From an uncultured Planctomycetaceae bacterium (lineage in GTDB: Bacteria; Planctomycetota; Planctomycetia; Isosphaerales; Isosphaeraceae), in NCBI GenBank assembly GCA_963833985.1, contig CAWIAD010000001.1:64001-128000 (forward strand): a stretch of DNA of 64,000 nucleotides, given 5' to 3'. How positions within the stretch are numbered: position 1 is the stretch's first letter; every line of letters begins with the position of its first letter. A program made the position numbers and the translations under genes. Positions 31,040-42,661 of the stretch are shown one piece after another. Below the pieces are notes generated by a model. The model searched no databases. It was not told where the DNA came from and saw nothing but the letters and a program-made list of their open reading frames with translations.

Positions 31040-31948
31040 ATGACGATACAATCATCCAGGAATCAATACGACATCCAGGATCCGACGAAACAGTATCCGC
31101 GCGCCGACTTTCCGGAGCAACGCCAGCCGGTTCCCGGCCTGGCCCGGGAGATGACGCCGAAACCCGACCACGGCGAGGAGAGCTACCAGGGTCTGGGCCG
31201 GCTGCTGGGCCGCAGGGCGCTGGTCACCGGGGCCGATTCGGGGATCGGTCGGGCCGCGGTGATTGCGTTCGCGCGTGAAGGCGCGGACGTCGTGATGAAC
31301 TTCTTGCCCAGCGAGATGCCCGACGCGGACGAGGTCTGCACTCTGGTGCAGAAGACTGGCCGCAAGGCCGTGGCGCTCCCCGGCGACATCCAGAAAGAGG
31401 CCTTCTGCACACGGCTCGTGGCCGAGGCGATCGCCGCCCTGGGAGGGCTGGACCTCGTGGTCAACGTGGCCGGGCATCAGCAGGCCGCCGAGAGCATCGA
31501 GGACATCACCACGGCCCAGTTCGACGAGACGTTCAAGACCAACGTGTACGCGATGTTCTGGATCTGCAAGGCCGTGCTGCCGCACCTGGCGGCCGGCTCT
31601 GCGATCATCAACACCACGTCGATCCAGGCCTACCAGCCGTCGGCAACGCTGCTCGACTACGCCTCGACCAAAGCGGCCATCGTCGCCTTCACCAAGTCCC
31701 TGGCCAGGCAGGTCGCCTCCAGGGGCATCCGCGTGAACGCGGTGGCGCCCGGTCCGGTCTGGACGCCGCTCCAGACCAGCGGCGGGCAGCCGGCCGAGAA
31801 GATCCCCGAGTTCGGCAACAAGGTGCCACTGGGCCGGCCGGGACAGCCCGCCGAGCTGGCGCCCGTGTATGTCTTCCTCGCGTCGCAAGAATCGAGCTAT
31901 GTGACCGGCGAGATCTACGGCGTCACCGGCGGCAACCCCCTGCCCTGA
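31040..31948 (+). CDS. Short-chain dehydrogenase (YghA/YdaD-like)
   Basis: PDHGEESYQGLGRL, TGADSGIG, YASTK, VAPGPVWT, GRPGQPAELA; GGAG RBS. Confidence 0.92.
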   Translation: MTIQSSRNQYDIQDPTKQYPRADFPEQRQPVPGLAREMTPKPDHGEESYQGLGRLLGRRALVTGADSGIGRAAVIAFAREGADVVMNFLPSEMPDADEVCTLVQKTGRKAVALPGDIQKEAFCTRLVAEAIAALGGLDLVVNVAGHQQAAESIEDITTAQFDETFKTNVYAMFWICKAVLPHLAAGSAIINTTSIQAYQPSATLLDYASTKAAIVAFTKSLARQVASRGIRVNAVAPGPVWTPLQTSGGQPAEKIPEFGNKVPLGRPGQPAELAPVYVFLASQESSYVTGEIYGVTGGNPLP

Positions 31949-31999
31949 GCGGTCTCTTCGTCATTTCCGCACCTTTCTTTCACAACGGGGAATCCGGTC

Positions 32000-32869
32000 A
32001 TGTCCCGGAACAACGGTTACCATGGCAAGGTCGTTGTTATCACCGGTGCGTCCAGCGGCTTCGGTAAGGGGACGGCGCTCGAGCTGGCGAAGCGAGGCTC
32101 GTCGGTCGTGCTGGCCGCCCGCAGTGCCCAGGTGCTGAGCGAGCTGGCCCACGAGTGCAACGAGGCCGGTGGGCAGGCGCTGGCGGTGCCCACGGATGTC
32201 AGCGACCGCGCCGCGGTCGAGGCCCTGGCCCGGCAGGCCACCGCGCGGTTCGGGCACTTCGACGTGTGGATCAACAACGCGGGCGTGGCCTCCATCGGCC
32301 GCTTCAATGAGGTGCCGCTGGAAGACCATGAGCAGGTGATCAAGACGGATCTGCTGGGCACGATCTACGGCAGCCACTGCGCACTCCGGCATTTTTGCGA
32401 GCGCAGCGCGGGCGTTCTCATCAACGTGGCCTCGGCCGTCGGCAAGGTACCCGCGCCCTACTTCGCGTCATACGTGGCGGCCAAGTTCGGCATCGTGGGC
32501 TTCTCCGACGCCCTGCGGCAGGAGCTGAAACAGGAGAAGGTGCACTCGATTCGCGTGTGCACGGTCATGCCCATGTCACACGATACGGGGTTCTTCGAGC
32601 ACGCGGGCAACTACACCGGCCACGAATCCGCTCCGATCCCCCCGATCTACGATCCCGGCGTGACAGTTGACGCACTGGTACGGCTGGTCGCCCGGCCGGA
32701 GGACGAGATCATCACCGGCCAGCAAGGCAAGGTCGCGAACTTCCTGCACCACCTGATGCCCGCGGCCGTGGAGAAGTTCATGGCATCGAACACCAAGAAG
32801 GCCGAGCTCGAAGACGCCCTGGAGGCCCCATCGACTTCCGGTGCCGTGCATTCTCCATCGGCCAGGTGA
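32000..32869 (+). CDS. Short-chain dehydrogenase/reductase
   Basis: TGASSGFG, NNAG, YVAAK. Confidence 0.92.
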   Translation: MSRNNGYHGKVVVITGASSGFGKGTALELAKRGSSVVLAARSAQVLSELAHECNEAGGQALAVPTDVSDRAAVEALARQATARFGHFDVWINNAGVASIGRFNEVPLEDHEQVIKTDLLGTIYGSHCALRHFCERSAGVLINVASAVGKVPAPYFASYVAAKFGIVGFSDALRQELKQEKVHSIRVCTVMPMSHDTGFFEHAGNYTGHESAPIPPIYDPGVTVDALVRLVARPEDEIITGQQGKVANFLHHLMPAAVEKFMASNTKKAELEDALEAPSTSGAVHSPSAR

Positions 32870-33099
32870 CGGGCGCTGTGCCTGTTTCCGGGACACGGCC
32901 TGGATGCGGCGTGCCGGTCAAGCCAGTGCCAGCGCACCCATCCGGCGCGCACTGCGCCTCTCGCCCTTGCCTTGCGAAGCGAAAAGAGAATTTGTTCGAC
33001 TCGGCTCTTGCAGCGCCATAACCTGAAAGGAGTGTCAGGCTCCCTCCGCGAGACTCCGCCGTCTCGCCCCACCCCGCCTTGTTCCAGGAGACTCGATCA

Positions 33100-34362
33100 A
33101 TGTCCGATCGTGATTCCGCCCGCATTCCCCGTCGCGGTTTCGTGCAGAGCAGCGCCGCTGCGACGGCGGCCGCCGTGGCAGCGGCCCGCCTGGGCCGCTC
33201 AAGCGCTCAGGCACAAACACAAGCACAAGCACCGTCACAAACCTCGCCAGGACAGCAGAAACAACCATCCGCTGGTGCACAGGTCTTGCCCACGCGCGTC
33301 CTGGGGAAGACGGGCGTGGACGTGACGATCCTCAATGCCGGTACGCTCCGCGTGGCCGGTTTCATGGACCGCTTGCTCCGGCTCGCGTTCAGTCAGGGCG
33401 TCCGGTTCTTTGACACCGCCAAGGTCTACGGCACCGAGCCCGGCTTCAAGAAGTGGTTCGCCGAGATGCCCGAGGTGCGCAAGCAAATCTTCCTGGCCAC
33501 CAAGGAACCGGTACGCAAGATCGGCGAGGTGGTCAAGAACATCGACCAGCGACTCGCGGCGCTGGGCACCGACTACATTGACCTGCTTTACTACCACGGT
33601 CTGGGCCGCGGCCAGGTAGACTGGGCCAGGAGCAGGGCCATGAAAGAGGAGATCCAGGCGATCAAGCAGACCGGCAAGGTGCGGTTCGTGGGCTTCACCA
33701 CCCACGACGGCGGCGCGATGGCCGAGCAGCTTCAGGCCGCCGCCGACGGCGGCTTCATCGACGCGATCATGCTCTCGTATGCCCCCTGGATGGCAAAGGA
33801 TTCCGCACTCAACAAGGCCATGGACGCGTGCCACCAGAAGCAGATCGGCCTGGTGGCCATGAAGCTGTTCGCCGGCCGCGGCGCCCTGCGCGAGGTCTAC
33901 AACAAGATGCCGGCGCTCAAGGAGCGCGGGCTGAACCCGCACCAGGCCCTGCTGCACGCGGCCTGGACCGACGAGCGGCTGGCCTGCGTGTGCACGGCCA
34001 TGGTGAATACCGACCAGGTTCACCAGAACATCGCGGCAGCACGCAGCTTCGAGCCCATGAAAACGGCACAGATCCTCGAATTGCGCGACGCCGTGCTGGC
34101 CTGCGGCCCGACAATGTGCCCCGACTGCGACGGCAGTTGCAGCCGGGCCGCGGGAACCAGGGCCCGCCTGGGCGACCTGACGCGCTTGCTCACCTACCAC
34201 GAGGATCATGGCGCCCGGGTCATGGCCCGCGACGAGTACGCCATGCTCTCCGACGAGGAGCGCGACTGGCACGACGCGGACCTGGAGGCGGCGCGTGACG
34301 CCTGCCACAGCCATCTCGATTTCGCGCGGCTGCTCCCCCAGGCTGAGAGATTCCTCGCCTGA
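33100..34362 (+). CDS. Tat-signal aldo/keto reductase with C-terminal Cys cluster
   Basis: RRGF Tat motif; FDTAKVYG, ATK, TDYIDLLYYH; CPDCDGSC. Confidence 0.85.
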   Translation: MSDRDSARIPRRGFVQSSAAATAAAVAAARLGRSSAQAQTQAQAPSQTSPGQQKQPSAGAQVLPTRVLGKTGVDVTILNAGTLRVAGFMDRLLRLAFSQGVRFFDTAKVYGTEPGFKKWFAEMPEVRKQIFLATKEPVRKIGEVVKNIDQRLAALGTDYIDLLYYHGLGRGQVDWARSRAMKEEIQAIKQTGKVRFVGFTTHDGGAMAEQLQAAADGGFIDAIMLSYAPWMAKDSALNKAMDACHQKQIGLVAMKLFAGRGALREVYNKMPALKERGLNPHQALLHAAWTDERLACVCTAMVNTDQVHQNIAAARSFEPMKTAQILELRDAVLACGPTMCPDCDGSCSRAAGTRARLGDLTRLLTYHEDHGARVMARDEYAMLSDEERDWHDADLEAARDACHSHLDFARLLPQAERFLA

Positions 34363-34609
34363 GCCCGAACGTCACAAGCAACCCGCCGGCGCGGCTCCGC
34401 GGTCTCTCCGAGCGCGGAGCCGCGCCGACGCGCGTTCCGGGCGGTGCACCCGGTCCGTCGCCAGAAAGCAACACGTGTCGGGACGTTCCCTCGGGGACGG
34501 GAACCTGGATCGAGTATCATGTGTCCGACAAAATGCCGCCGGCTGCGCCGTACCGGGGGCGTGGGGCCGGGCCCTGCCGCCTGGCCACGGGACAGTCAGG
34601 GACACGCGC

Positions 34610-37600
34610 ATGCTCGCGACGATGGAACGAAAGGCTGCGATCGCGGTGGACCAGGAGAGCCTGGAGCGCGTCCGCCTGCGCTACGAGGACGGCGACTACC
34701 TGGGGGCCCACGAGGCCGCGCTGGCAATCGGGCCGCTGGACCAGTGGCGAGGAACGGCCCCACGGGTGCTGGCCGGCCGGCTGGCTTCGCAGCTTGGCGG
34801 CGTGCGCCTGGGCCATGCGCTGCACCTCCGGGCGTGGCGCTCTGACCCGGCGGATCCCGAGGCCTGCTACTACCGGGCAAGGGCCCTGCTCGCCCGCCGC
34901 GGACCGCTGCCGACGTGGCAGTTTCTACGCAGTACCGGGCCGCTCGAGGCCGCCAGCGACGAGATCCGCGCTGACTGGCTGGCGAGCCACGCACTGGCCC
35001 TTGGCGGGCTGCGCGATTTTGACGCCGCCGAGGAATACCTGGCGGAGGCCGAGCGCCTGGCCCCGGGGCGCGCCTGGCTGCGCGTGGAGCGGGCCAACGT
35101 CTTCGAGATGCAAGACCTCTACAACAGCGCCCTGGCGGCCGCGCGAGGCCCTGTTGCTCCAACCGTGGTACCGCCCGGCCGTGCAGGCGGTGGGGCACTG
35201 CCTGCAACTGCTTGACCGCGAGGGCGAGGCCGTCGACTTCCTGGACGAGGCGTGCGGGCACGTCGCCAGCCCCTGGATCATGGCACAACTGGCCGAGCTC
35301 CAGATGCAGATTGGACGCCCCGCCGACGCCTTGCGAAGTCTGGAGCGGTTCGCCGAGCTGGCCCGGCTCATGGACCGCCCCACGCGCCGCTGGCTGTTTG
35401 GCCGGCGCTCGGACGCGGCGTATCGCCTGGGGGACCACGCGGCCGCGGCCGCCTTTGCCCGCGAGAGCGCCGAGCCGTTTTTCCTGGCTCTGGCGGATCG
35501 CCTGGAAAACCCGGAGATCCCGGATCGACGCGTGCGGCTGGCCGTCGGATTCGTGCGGCAGCATCATCAGCACTGCGGTCCGGCCACGCTCTCGGCGCTT
35601 GCCGGCTTCTGGGACCATGAAGTCGATCAGCTCGAGGTCGGCGAGGAGATCTGCTATGACGGCACGCCCGACCACCGGGAACGCACGTGGGCCGAGAAGA
35701 ACGGCTTCATCACGCGCGAGTTCACGGTCACCTGGGACGCCGCCCTGACCCTCCTCGACCGGGGCGTCCCGTTCACGCTCACCACGGTGGAAACCCGCAA
35801 CGCCCATCTCCAGGCGGTCATCGGGTATGACGCCCGCAGGGGCACGCTCCTGCTCCGCGACCCGTGGTTGCCCCACGAGGGCGAGGTCGTCGCCGAACCG
35901 TTCCTGGAGCGCTACCGGTCCGTTGGCCCGCGCGGTATGGCCATGGTGCCGCGCGGCCGCGCTGCACTGCTCGAGGGGGTCGAACTGCCGGAAGCCGGGC
36001 TCTACGACCGGCTGCACCGCATGCAGGTGGCCCTGCGCGAGCACGACCGCACCGCGGCAGCCGCCGTCTACGAGGATCTCAGCGCCGGGTCGCCCGGACA
36101 CCGGCTGGTACTTCACGCCCGCTGGCTGCTGGCCATCTACGACGCCAGCGCGACCGATGCCCTGCCGGCAATTGTAGCCCTGCGGCAGGCGTTCCCCGGC
36201 GACGTCAACCTTCAGCTTGCCGAGATTTCGTGCCTGCGCAATCTGGGGCGGCGCGACGACCGTCTGGCGTTGTATCAAACCGCCTGTGCCGGACCCGCTG
36301 CCGACCCGGTCGTTCGCCGCCAGTACGCCCAGGAGTTGCTGGCCGACGCGCGCCAGCACCCGCGGGCCGCCTGGCTGGCCCGCCGTGCGCTGCGGTCCCG
36401 GCCGACGGACGCCGGAGGCGTGTTCGTGCTGGCGCGCGTGGCCTGGGACGCACAGCGAAGGGAAGACGCACTCCAGCTTTACCGGTTTGCCTGCTGCCTG
36501 GACGACAAGGACGAGGGGCTGGCCATGAGCTACTTCTCCTCGGCCCGCTATTTCCATCGCGAGGAGGAACCGCTCCGGCTTCTGAGGAGTCGATTTCGGC
36601 GTTTCGGGAGCCGCTCGTCGCATCCCGCCCGCACGCTCCACCGCGCTCTCTGGGAGCTGGATCGGACGGCCGAGGCCGACGCCGTGCTGGAGCGGATGCT
36701 CCGGCTCCGCCCGGACGACGGCGACACGCTGCTGCACGCGGCGCGGGCGGCCGGCTGGGCGGGCGACTTCGACCGTGCGGGGGCGTGGCTCGAGGAGGCG
36801 CGCGGCCGTTGCCACGCGGTCGACTGGCTGCGCGCGGCCGCCAACCTGGCCTCGAACCGGGGCGACCTGGCCGCCGCTTTGAGAACGTGGCGGCAGGTGC
36901 TCGAGGCCGAGCCGGCCGCCCTCGATGCCAACCGGGCCATCGCCCGCTTGCTGGCCGATACCGAGGGGCGTCCGGCGGCCATCAGCCACCTGGAGCAGGC
37001 CTGTAGCCGCTCGCCCCACAACTACTCGCTGCACCGCGCCCTCATCGACTGGCTGCGCGATGAGAATCCGGCCGCGGCCGAGCCGGCGGTCCGCCGGCTG
37101 CTGGAGATCCATCCGGCAGACGCGTGGGGCGTGCGCGAGCTGGCGGGCCTGCTCAGCGAGCAGGGCCGGCATGACGAGGCGGTGCTCCTGCTGGAAACCG
37201 CCAGGGAGCTGGAGCCGGCCAGCACCCGCGAGGCCTCCGTCCGGGGCTTCGTTCTGGAGCGCGCCGGCAGGCACGACGAGGCCCGGGCGGCGTACCGGGA
37301 AGCCATCCGCCGCGACGTGGACAACGAGTACGCCATTGGCCGCCTCATCGAGACCGCGGCCTGGCACGCTCAGCGCATGGAGGCGCTGGACCTGGTGCTC
37401 GCCGAGCTGGAGCGCCAGGTGACGTACGGCAGCGGCTTGCTGGCCTTCGCCCAGCGCGCTCGCGGCACGCTGGGTGGTGATGTCCTGCTCGCCACCCTGG
37501 TTCGCGCCCACGAGTCGCGGCCGGATCTCTGGCACGCCTGGTCGGCCGTGATTAACGAGCGCCTGGCGCGCAAGGAACACGAAGAGGCGGAGCGCCTGGC

Positions 37601-39649
37601 CGGCGCGGCCCTGGAGCGGTTCCCATTGCTGCCCAGGCTCTGGCTCGACCTGGCGGCCGTCCGTGCTGCCCGCGGCGACCGGCGCGGTGAACGCGAGGCG
37701 CTGGAGCGTGCGCTCCAGATCAGCCCGGGCTGGAGCACGGCCGTGCGAGCGCTGGCGGAATCTCTGGAGCACGACGGCAATTACGCCGGATCGCGCACGG
37801 TGCTCGAACGTGCCATCGCCCGCGATGCGCTCGATGCGTACAACCACGGCTGCCTTGCCGATGCCTTGTGGCACCTGGGGGAGCAGGAGCCGGCACTCGA
37901 CGCGCTTGACCCACGCACTGCGGCTCGATCCCGGCTACTCCTGGGCCTGGCACGCCCTGGAAGCGTGGTCCTGCGCGGTGCAGAAGCCCGAGCGACCGGC
38001 CGAGCTTGTCCGCGAGCTCGTGCAGGAGCGGTGTGGCGATGGCCGTGCCTGGATGGCGCTGGCACGCGTCCTGGAGAAGCCGGAAGACCTCGAGGAGCGG
38101 CTTGCCGCGCTCGACCGGGCGGCAGAAATCGATCCCCGCGAGACCGCCCCACACGACCTCAAGGCGCGGCTCCTGGCCGAGGCGGGACGGTTCGACGAGG
38201 CCGACTCCGCCTGCCTGCCCCGCTGGTGGGGCGACCACCCACCCGTCTCCCTCCAGAGCCGTGCCGCCTGGGTCCTGGCACAGCGCGGCATGCTGGACGA
38301 GGCCAGCGCACGGATCCGCACGGTCCTGGCCGAGAACCCGCAGTACGTCCCGGGATGGCGGCTGCTCGCGGAGTGGTCGCGCGATCGTGGCGCGCTCGAT
38401 TCCTACCTGGAAGCGGCCGATGCCCTGACTCGACGCGATCCTGGAGATGCTCTGGGCCATGGCTACCAGGGCGATGCCCGGCTCCGCAAGGGCGACCGGG
38501 CGGGCGCCAGGGACAGCTTCCACCGCGCCTACAAGCTCGATCCCGCCTATAGCTACGCTGGCATGAACCTCTTCGACCTGGAGCTTGCCGCCAGGCAGCT
38601 CGACGCCGCCGGGGCCGTTCTCGAGGCCCTCAAGGCGGCGGACGGCGAGGACGATGCCTACGTCCTGGCCCGCGAGATTCAGTGGCTTGCGGCCCACGGC
38701 GAGCGCGACGCGGCCATGGACGCGCTGCGCAGGCTGTGCACGGCCCGTGATGATGGATCGGACTGGCCCCTGCGCACCGCCGACCAGGCGCTCACGGCCG
38801 CCGGCTGGATCGGGCAAAGCTTCTTGATCTACGCCCAGGCGCTGGAACGGGCGGACGCCACGCCCCCGGTGGGCACCCTCTGGGCCGAACGCTGGACCGA
38901 GCGCCTCCCAATGGAAGCATGCGCGGCGCCTGGAACCTTTGCTGGCCGCCGGCAGCGAGGCCGCGTACCGTGCCCTGGCCGTCTACGCCCGCACTCTGGG
39001 CACGAACCGTACCCGGCTGCGGTTCGCAATGTGCCTGCGCAAGCACCGCAATGCGCTGCGGAGCCATACGCTTTGCTGGGGAATGACGGGCTTCGCGCTG
39101 CTCAACATGCAGCGTCCCCGTGCCGCGGCGCGCTGGCTGGCCGATTACTCGGAGCGCGACAGCGTTCAGCCCTGGATGCTCAACAACCTGGTGCTCGCCT
39201 TCCGCGAGCTGGGCCGAGATGCCGAGGCAAACCGCGCGGGCCGGCATGCCCTGGGCTTGCAGGAAGACTACTGCAAGAACGAGCACATGGTCTGGCTGGC
39301 GCTGGACGATGTCCTGGAAGGCCGCGCCGCGGAAGCCTCGGCACGGCTGAGAACCATCGGCGATCCAAAGTTTGACGCGATCTGTCGCTATGTGCAGAGC
39401 CTGGTGCGAATCCTGCTGGACCTGGAACAGATCGGATCCGGCTACCCCGCCGGACGAGCCACGACACGGAGTGTTTATTCGGCTTGCGGCAAGCTGCTCT
39501 CGCTGAATCAAAAAACGGTCGTCTCCAGGACTGACCCGCGCTGGCAGTCCGAACCTGCCGGCGCTGTGCGAAGGCTGTCATCCCTGCTCGGCCCCTGGCT
39601 GGGCTGGACCCTGCGAATTCCGTTCGCCGTTGTCCGGCCACGAGTCTAA
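34610..39649 (+). CDS. Very large TPR-repeat protein with an internal C39-like cysteine peptidase domain (three frameshifts, ~35140, ~37910, ~38920)
   Basis: Consecutive ORFs 34208..35215, 34521..38552, 37663..39375 and 38939..39649 give continuous TPR-like helices; QHHQHCGPATL and AHLQAVIGYD match C39-type Cys/His motifs. Confidence 0.78.
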
Positions 39650-39723
39650 GAAGTTTCGCAGAAGTCTTTGAACAGGATTGCCGTTCGCTTGCCCCAGGCC
39701 GAGAGCCAAGCCTGGCCGCTCTC

Positions 39724-39881
39724 CTCGTGGGGTACGATTCCAATCGTGCCATTCAATTCTCGCTCGTGGGGTACGATTCCAATCGTGCCATTCCAAGTTC
39801 GTGAGATCGAAGAAGTGACAAGAATGGAATCTTGTCCCACGAGGAGATCGAACAAGTGACATGATCGGACTCGTGTCCGAC
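39724..39881. repeat. REP-like cluster: two forward and two inverted palindromic units
   Basis: Exact 31-bp repeat at 39724-39754 and 39763-39793; related inverted units at 39803-39843 and 39844-39881; lies between convergent genes. Confidence 0.75.
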
Positions 39882-40072
39882 AAAGAGCGGCCTCCCGGTC
39901 ATCCAGGATCGCATCAAACTGCTGAATGCCTGTCAAAGAAAGATTGCGAACCTGCTTCGCATGGCCCGATTTCTGAGCATGGCCCGATCCTTTCAGCCGC
40001 ACGCGAGAAGGGCGGCGGTGATTTGTCGAGGCGTGCCGCGCGCCGCTTCAGTTCTTTGCTCGCAGGGACCCG

Positions 40073-42446
40073 TTATTCCGGCCGGACGCGATAGCTCCTT
40101 AGCTCTCCGGGCTCCATGCGGCACTCGAACGTGTTTCCGGGAAGATCATGGTGCTCCACGAGGTCGCGGGCGATCCCGCGCGCGGGAAGGCGAACCGTGA
40201 CCGCCCGGGTGGGCCGCATCCCGGTGTGGATCACCAGGTAGTAGGTACCGTGATGGGGCGTGAGGATCTCCCGCACCACCACCTCCGGGTCGCTCGCCGC
40301 GTGCGGAACGACTCGCGACGGGAGCGCGGGGACCGCCAGGAACGCCTGGTTGAACGCGCGGCACATATGCCGGCGATCCCGTGCAAAAGCTCGAGGCGCA
40401 GAGCGCCCAGGTTGGTGGGATCGGCCTGGGCCACCGCCCGGGCCTCGAGCAGGCGCACGAACGGTCCCGCGCGATCGACGTCCACGGCGGCGTAGCCGAC
40501 CTGGCCGTCGAACGGCAGGTTCGAGGGGCCCCTGGCGCGGTCGTGGTCATCCTCGTTCAACGTATAGTGGTGGACCACCGTCAGCCCGGCGCCGGAGCGG
40601 TACGATTCCAGAAGATCCGCGCGCGCCACCGTGAAGAGTCGGCCGGCGGGATAGGTGAGCATCACGCGCTCGCTGTCGCGGTACAGCGCCGGGTCGGCCG
40701 GCGGGGCCGAGTGAAAGGCCTCGGTCCGCTCGGGAGCGGGCGCGATTGGCTCCCGGAATGCGAGGCTCCAACCGTAGGACCCGTCGCGGACCACGCGGTC
40801 GAACGCGGTGGGCACAAGCACCAGCGGAACCAGCTTGAGCCGGGTTGAGTGCGGGCAAGTGCATCCCACCAGCCCGGGTCGTCGCTGACAATTTGCACGG
40901 GATGACCGCGCGGGCCGGAGGCCGGATCGCGCAGCATGGGAATCTGCTCGCTTGTCCAGGGAGTGAAGAACACCTGCACCCGAGGATCAGCGAGCCCCCT
41001 GGCGAGGTGTTCGCCGAGCGCCTCGAAGAACCGCCGGCGCTCCCCCAGCCACCACTCGATGTAGCGATCATAGAGCCGGCGATCGCCCTCGTACGATCGG
41101 ATCAGGGACGCACGCGACGCCGTGCCCGCCAGTGAATCGCCGGGTTGGGCCGCGCGGAACCGCGCGACGGTTGCTTCCGAGAAACTGATCGGCAGGTGAT
41201 TGTCGCGAACCCGGAACCAGGCCCCGGCGAACCGCGCCACACCCTTGTGTGCGATCACCGTACGGTCCAGCAAGCGGCGGGCGTCAGCCAGGGTGTCCGG
41301 ATCGGTCAGGTCGGCATTCTGGTCCTCGGTCCACCAGACTGGCGTGTAGCGCGTGTTTGGCAGGTTGTGATAAAGCTTCTCAGCGCGCCGCTGCCAGCCC
41401 AGGCTGGGCGGGCGGGCCTCCTTGAGACCGATGGCCCCCTTGTACTCATAGTAGGGGAGCAGGTCGAGGCCCTCGGCGGCAATCCTCGGCACGGCGCGGT
41501 CCCAGAGGTCGGTGATCGGCGGCTGTGCGTTGTTCACCCAGTTTGCGTCACCGCTCTGCCAGCCCTGGTTGAACCCGAACTCGAGCAGGTCCTTGGCGAA
41601 CGTGTTCATCGCCAGGACACGCGCCATCCTGGCCTTGAATAGCAGCCAGTTCAGCGGGTCGGCCACGCCGCGATCGGCAGGCGCTCGGGCCTGAATGGCC
41701 TCGTCCGCCATTTCCTCGCGCCAGAAAACGCGTCTGCGGGGCAGATCGTCGGGTGGAAACTCGATCCGCGCATCGAGCAGCGATGGATCCGGCACGGCGC
41801 GGAGGCGGATGCGACCGATCGCCGCTCCCTGCGACCGGGGGTCGTTGAGCCGCTTGCTCTGGAAGACGATGACATGGAAGCCGTCCGCGGGACCGAACGG
41901 GCGTCCACCCGGACGGGAATCGCGCTGGGCGTACAGGCCCTGGAAGCGATCGTGCAGGAAGAAGAGGATCCTGTGTTTTTGCCACTGGCCGCTTTGCGGA
42001 TAGTCGAGCGACTCGAGCGAGGGCTGCACGTATTGCTGGCGGCAATCGCCGGTCGCCGATCCGGTGGCGAAGCCGCGCACCAGGTCAGCGCCGCGGTTGG
42101 CCAGGAACAAGGTGCGCGGCACGTCGTCCGGGTACTCGACCTCCAGAAGATAGGCGGCGCCCGGCGTGAGCCCCTTTCCCTGCCCGATCACCCAGGCCAT
42201 CGTCCCGGGCTGGTCGCCGGGCGGCAGCACCCGCGCTGCCCGGCCCAGAAGCGTGACTACCTTGCTGGTCACCTCTGGAAACTGGTGCACCGGCGGCTGT
42301 GCGACCGGATCAATCTCATCGACCACTGGCAGCCCGTCCAGCAGACGATCGAACGAGACCGCAGTCTGGGATCTCGCGCTGACGGGGATGAGAAGGCCGA
42401 TCATCAGCATGACGCGCGGTATTCGCAACGCCTTCGGGTTCATCAT
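40073..42446 (-). CDS. Large exported hypothetical protein, multiple frameshifts (~40380, ~40810-40870)
   Basis: Signal peptide; ORFs 40662..42587, 40231..40869 and 40073..40366 read as one protein ending MEPGELRSYRVRPE. Confidence 0.65.
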
Positions 42447-42661
42447 GGTTCGGGTCTCCCGGCCGCCGGACGGGCCTGACTTCGAGACATCCGCCGCGCA
42501 CCACCCATCGTAGAACGCCGGCGGCGCCGCCACAACCGGCCGCCAGGCCGAGCGTGCGGCCGCTTTCAACGTTCTTGACAACCCCAACCGGGCGTTCCAG
42601 GATCACGGATACCACTTACGGCAGCCCGCTCCAGATTTTCTCACTTTTCTATGATATCCTG

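Noticed and set aside
34596..37874. 1092-aa minus-strand ORF and similar long antisense ORFs (613..2172, 4012..5931)
   Set aside because: Shadow ORFs of high-GC genes on the opposite strand, with no recognisable motifs.
39724..39793. Mini-CRISPR (31-bp exact repeats)
   Set aside because: Only two copies, 8 nt apart, followed by inverted relatives; fits a REP-like element.
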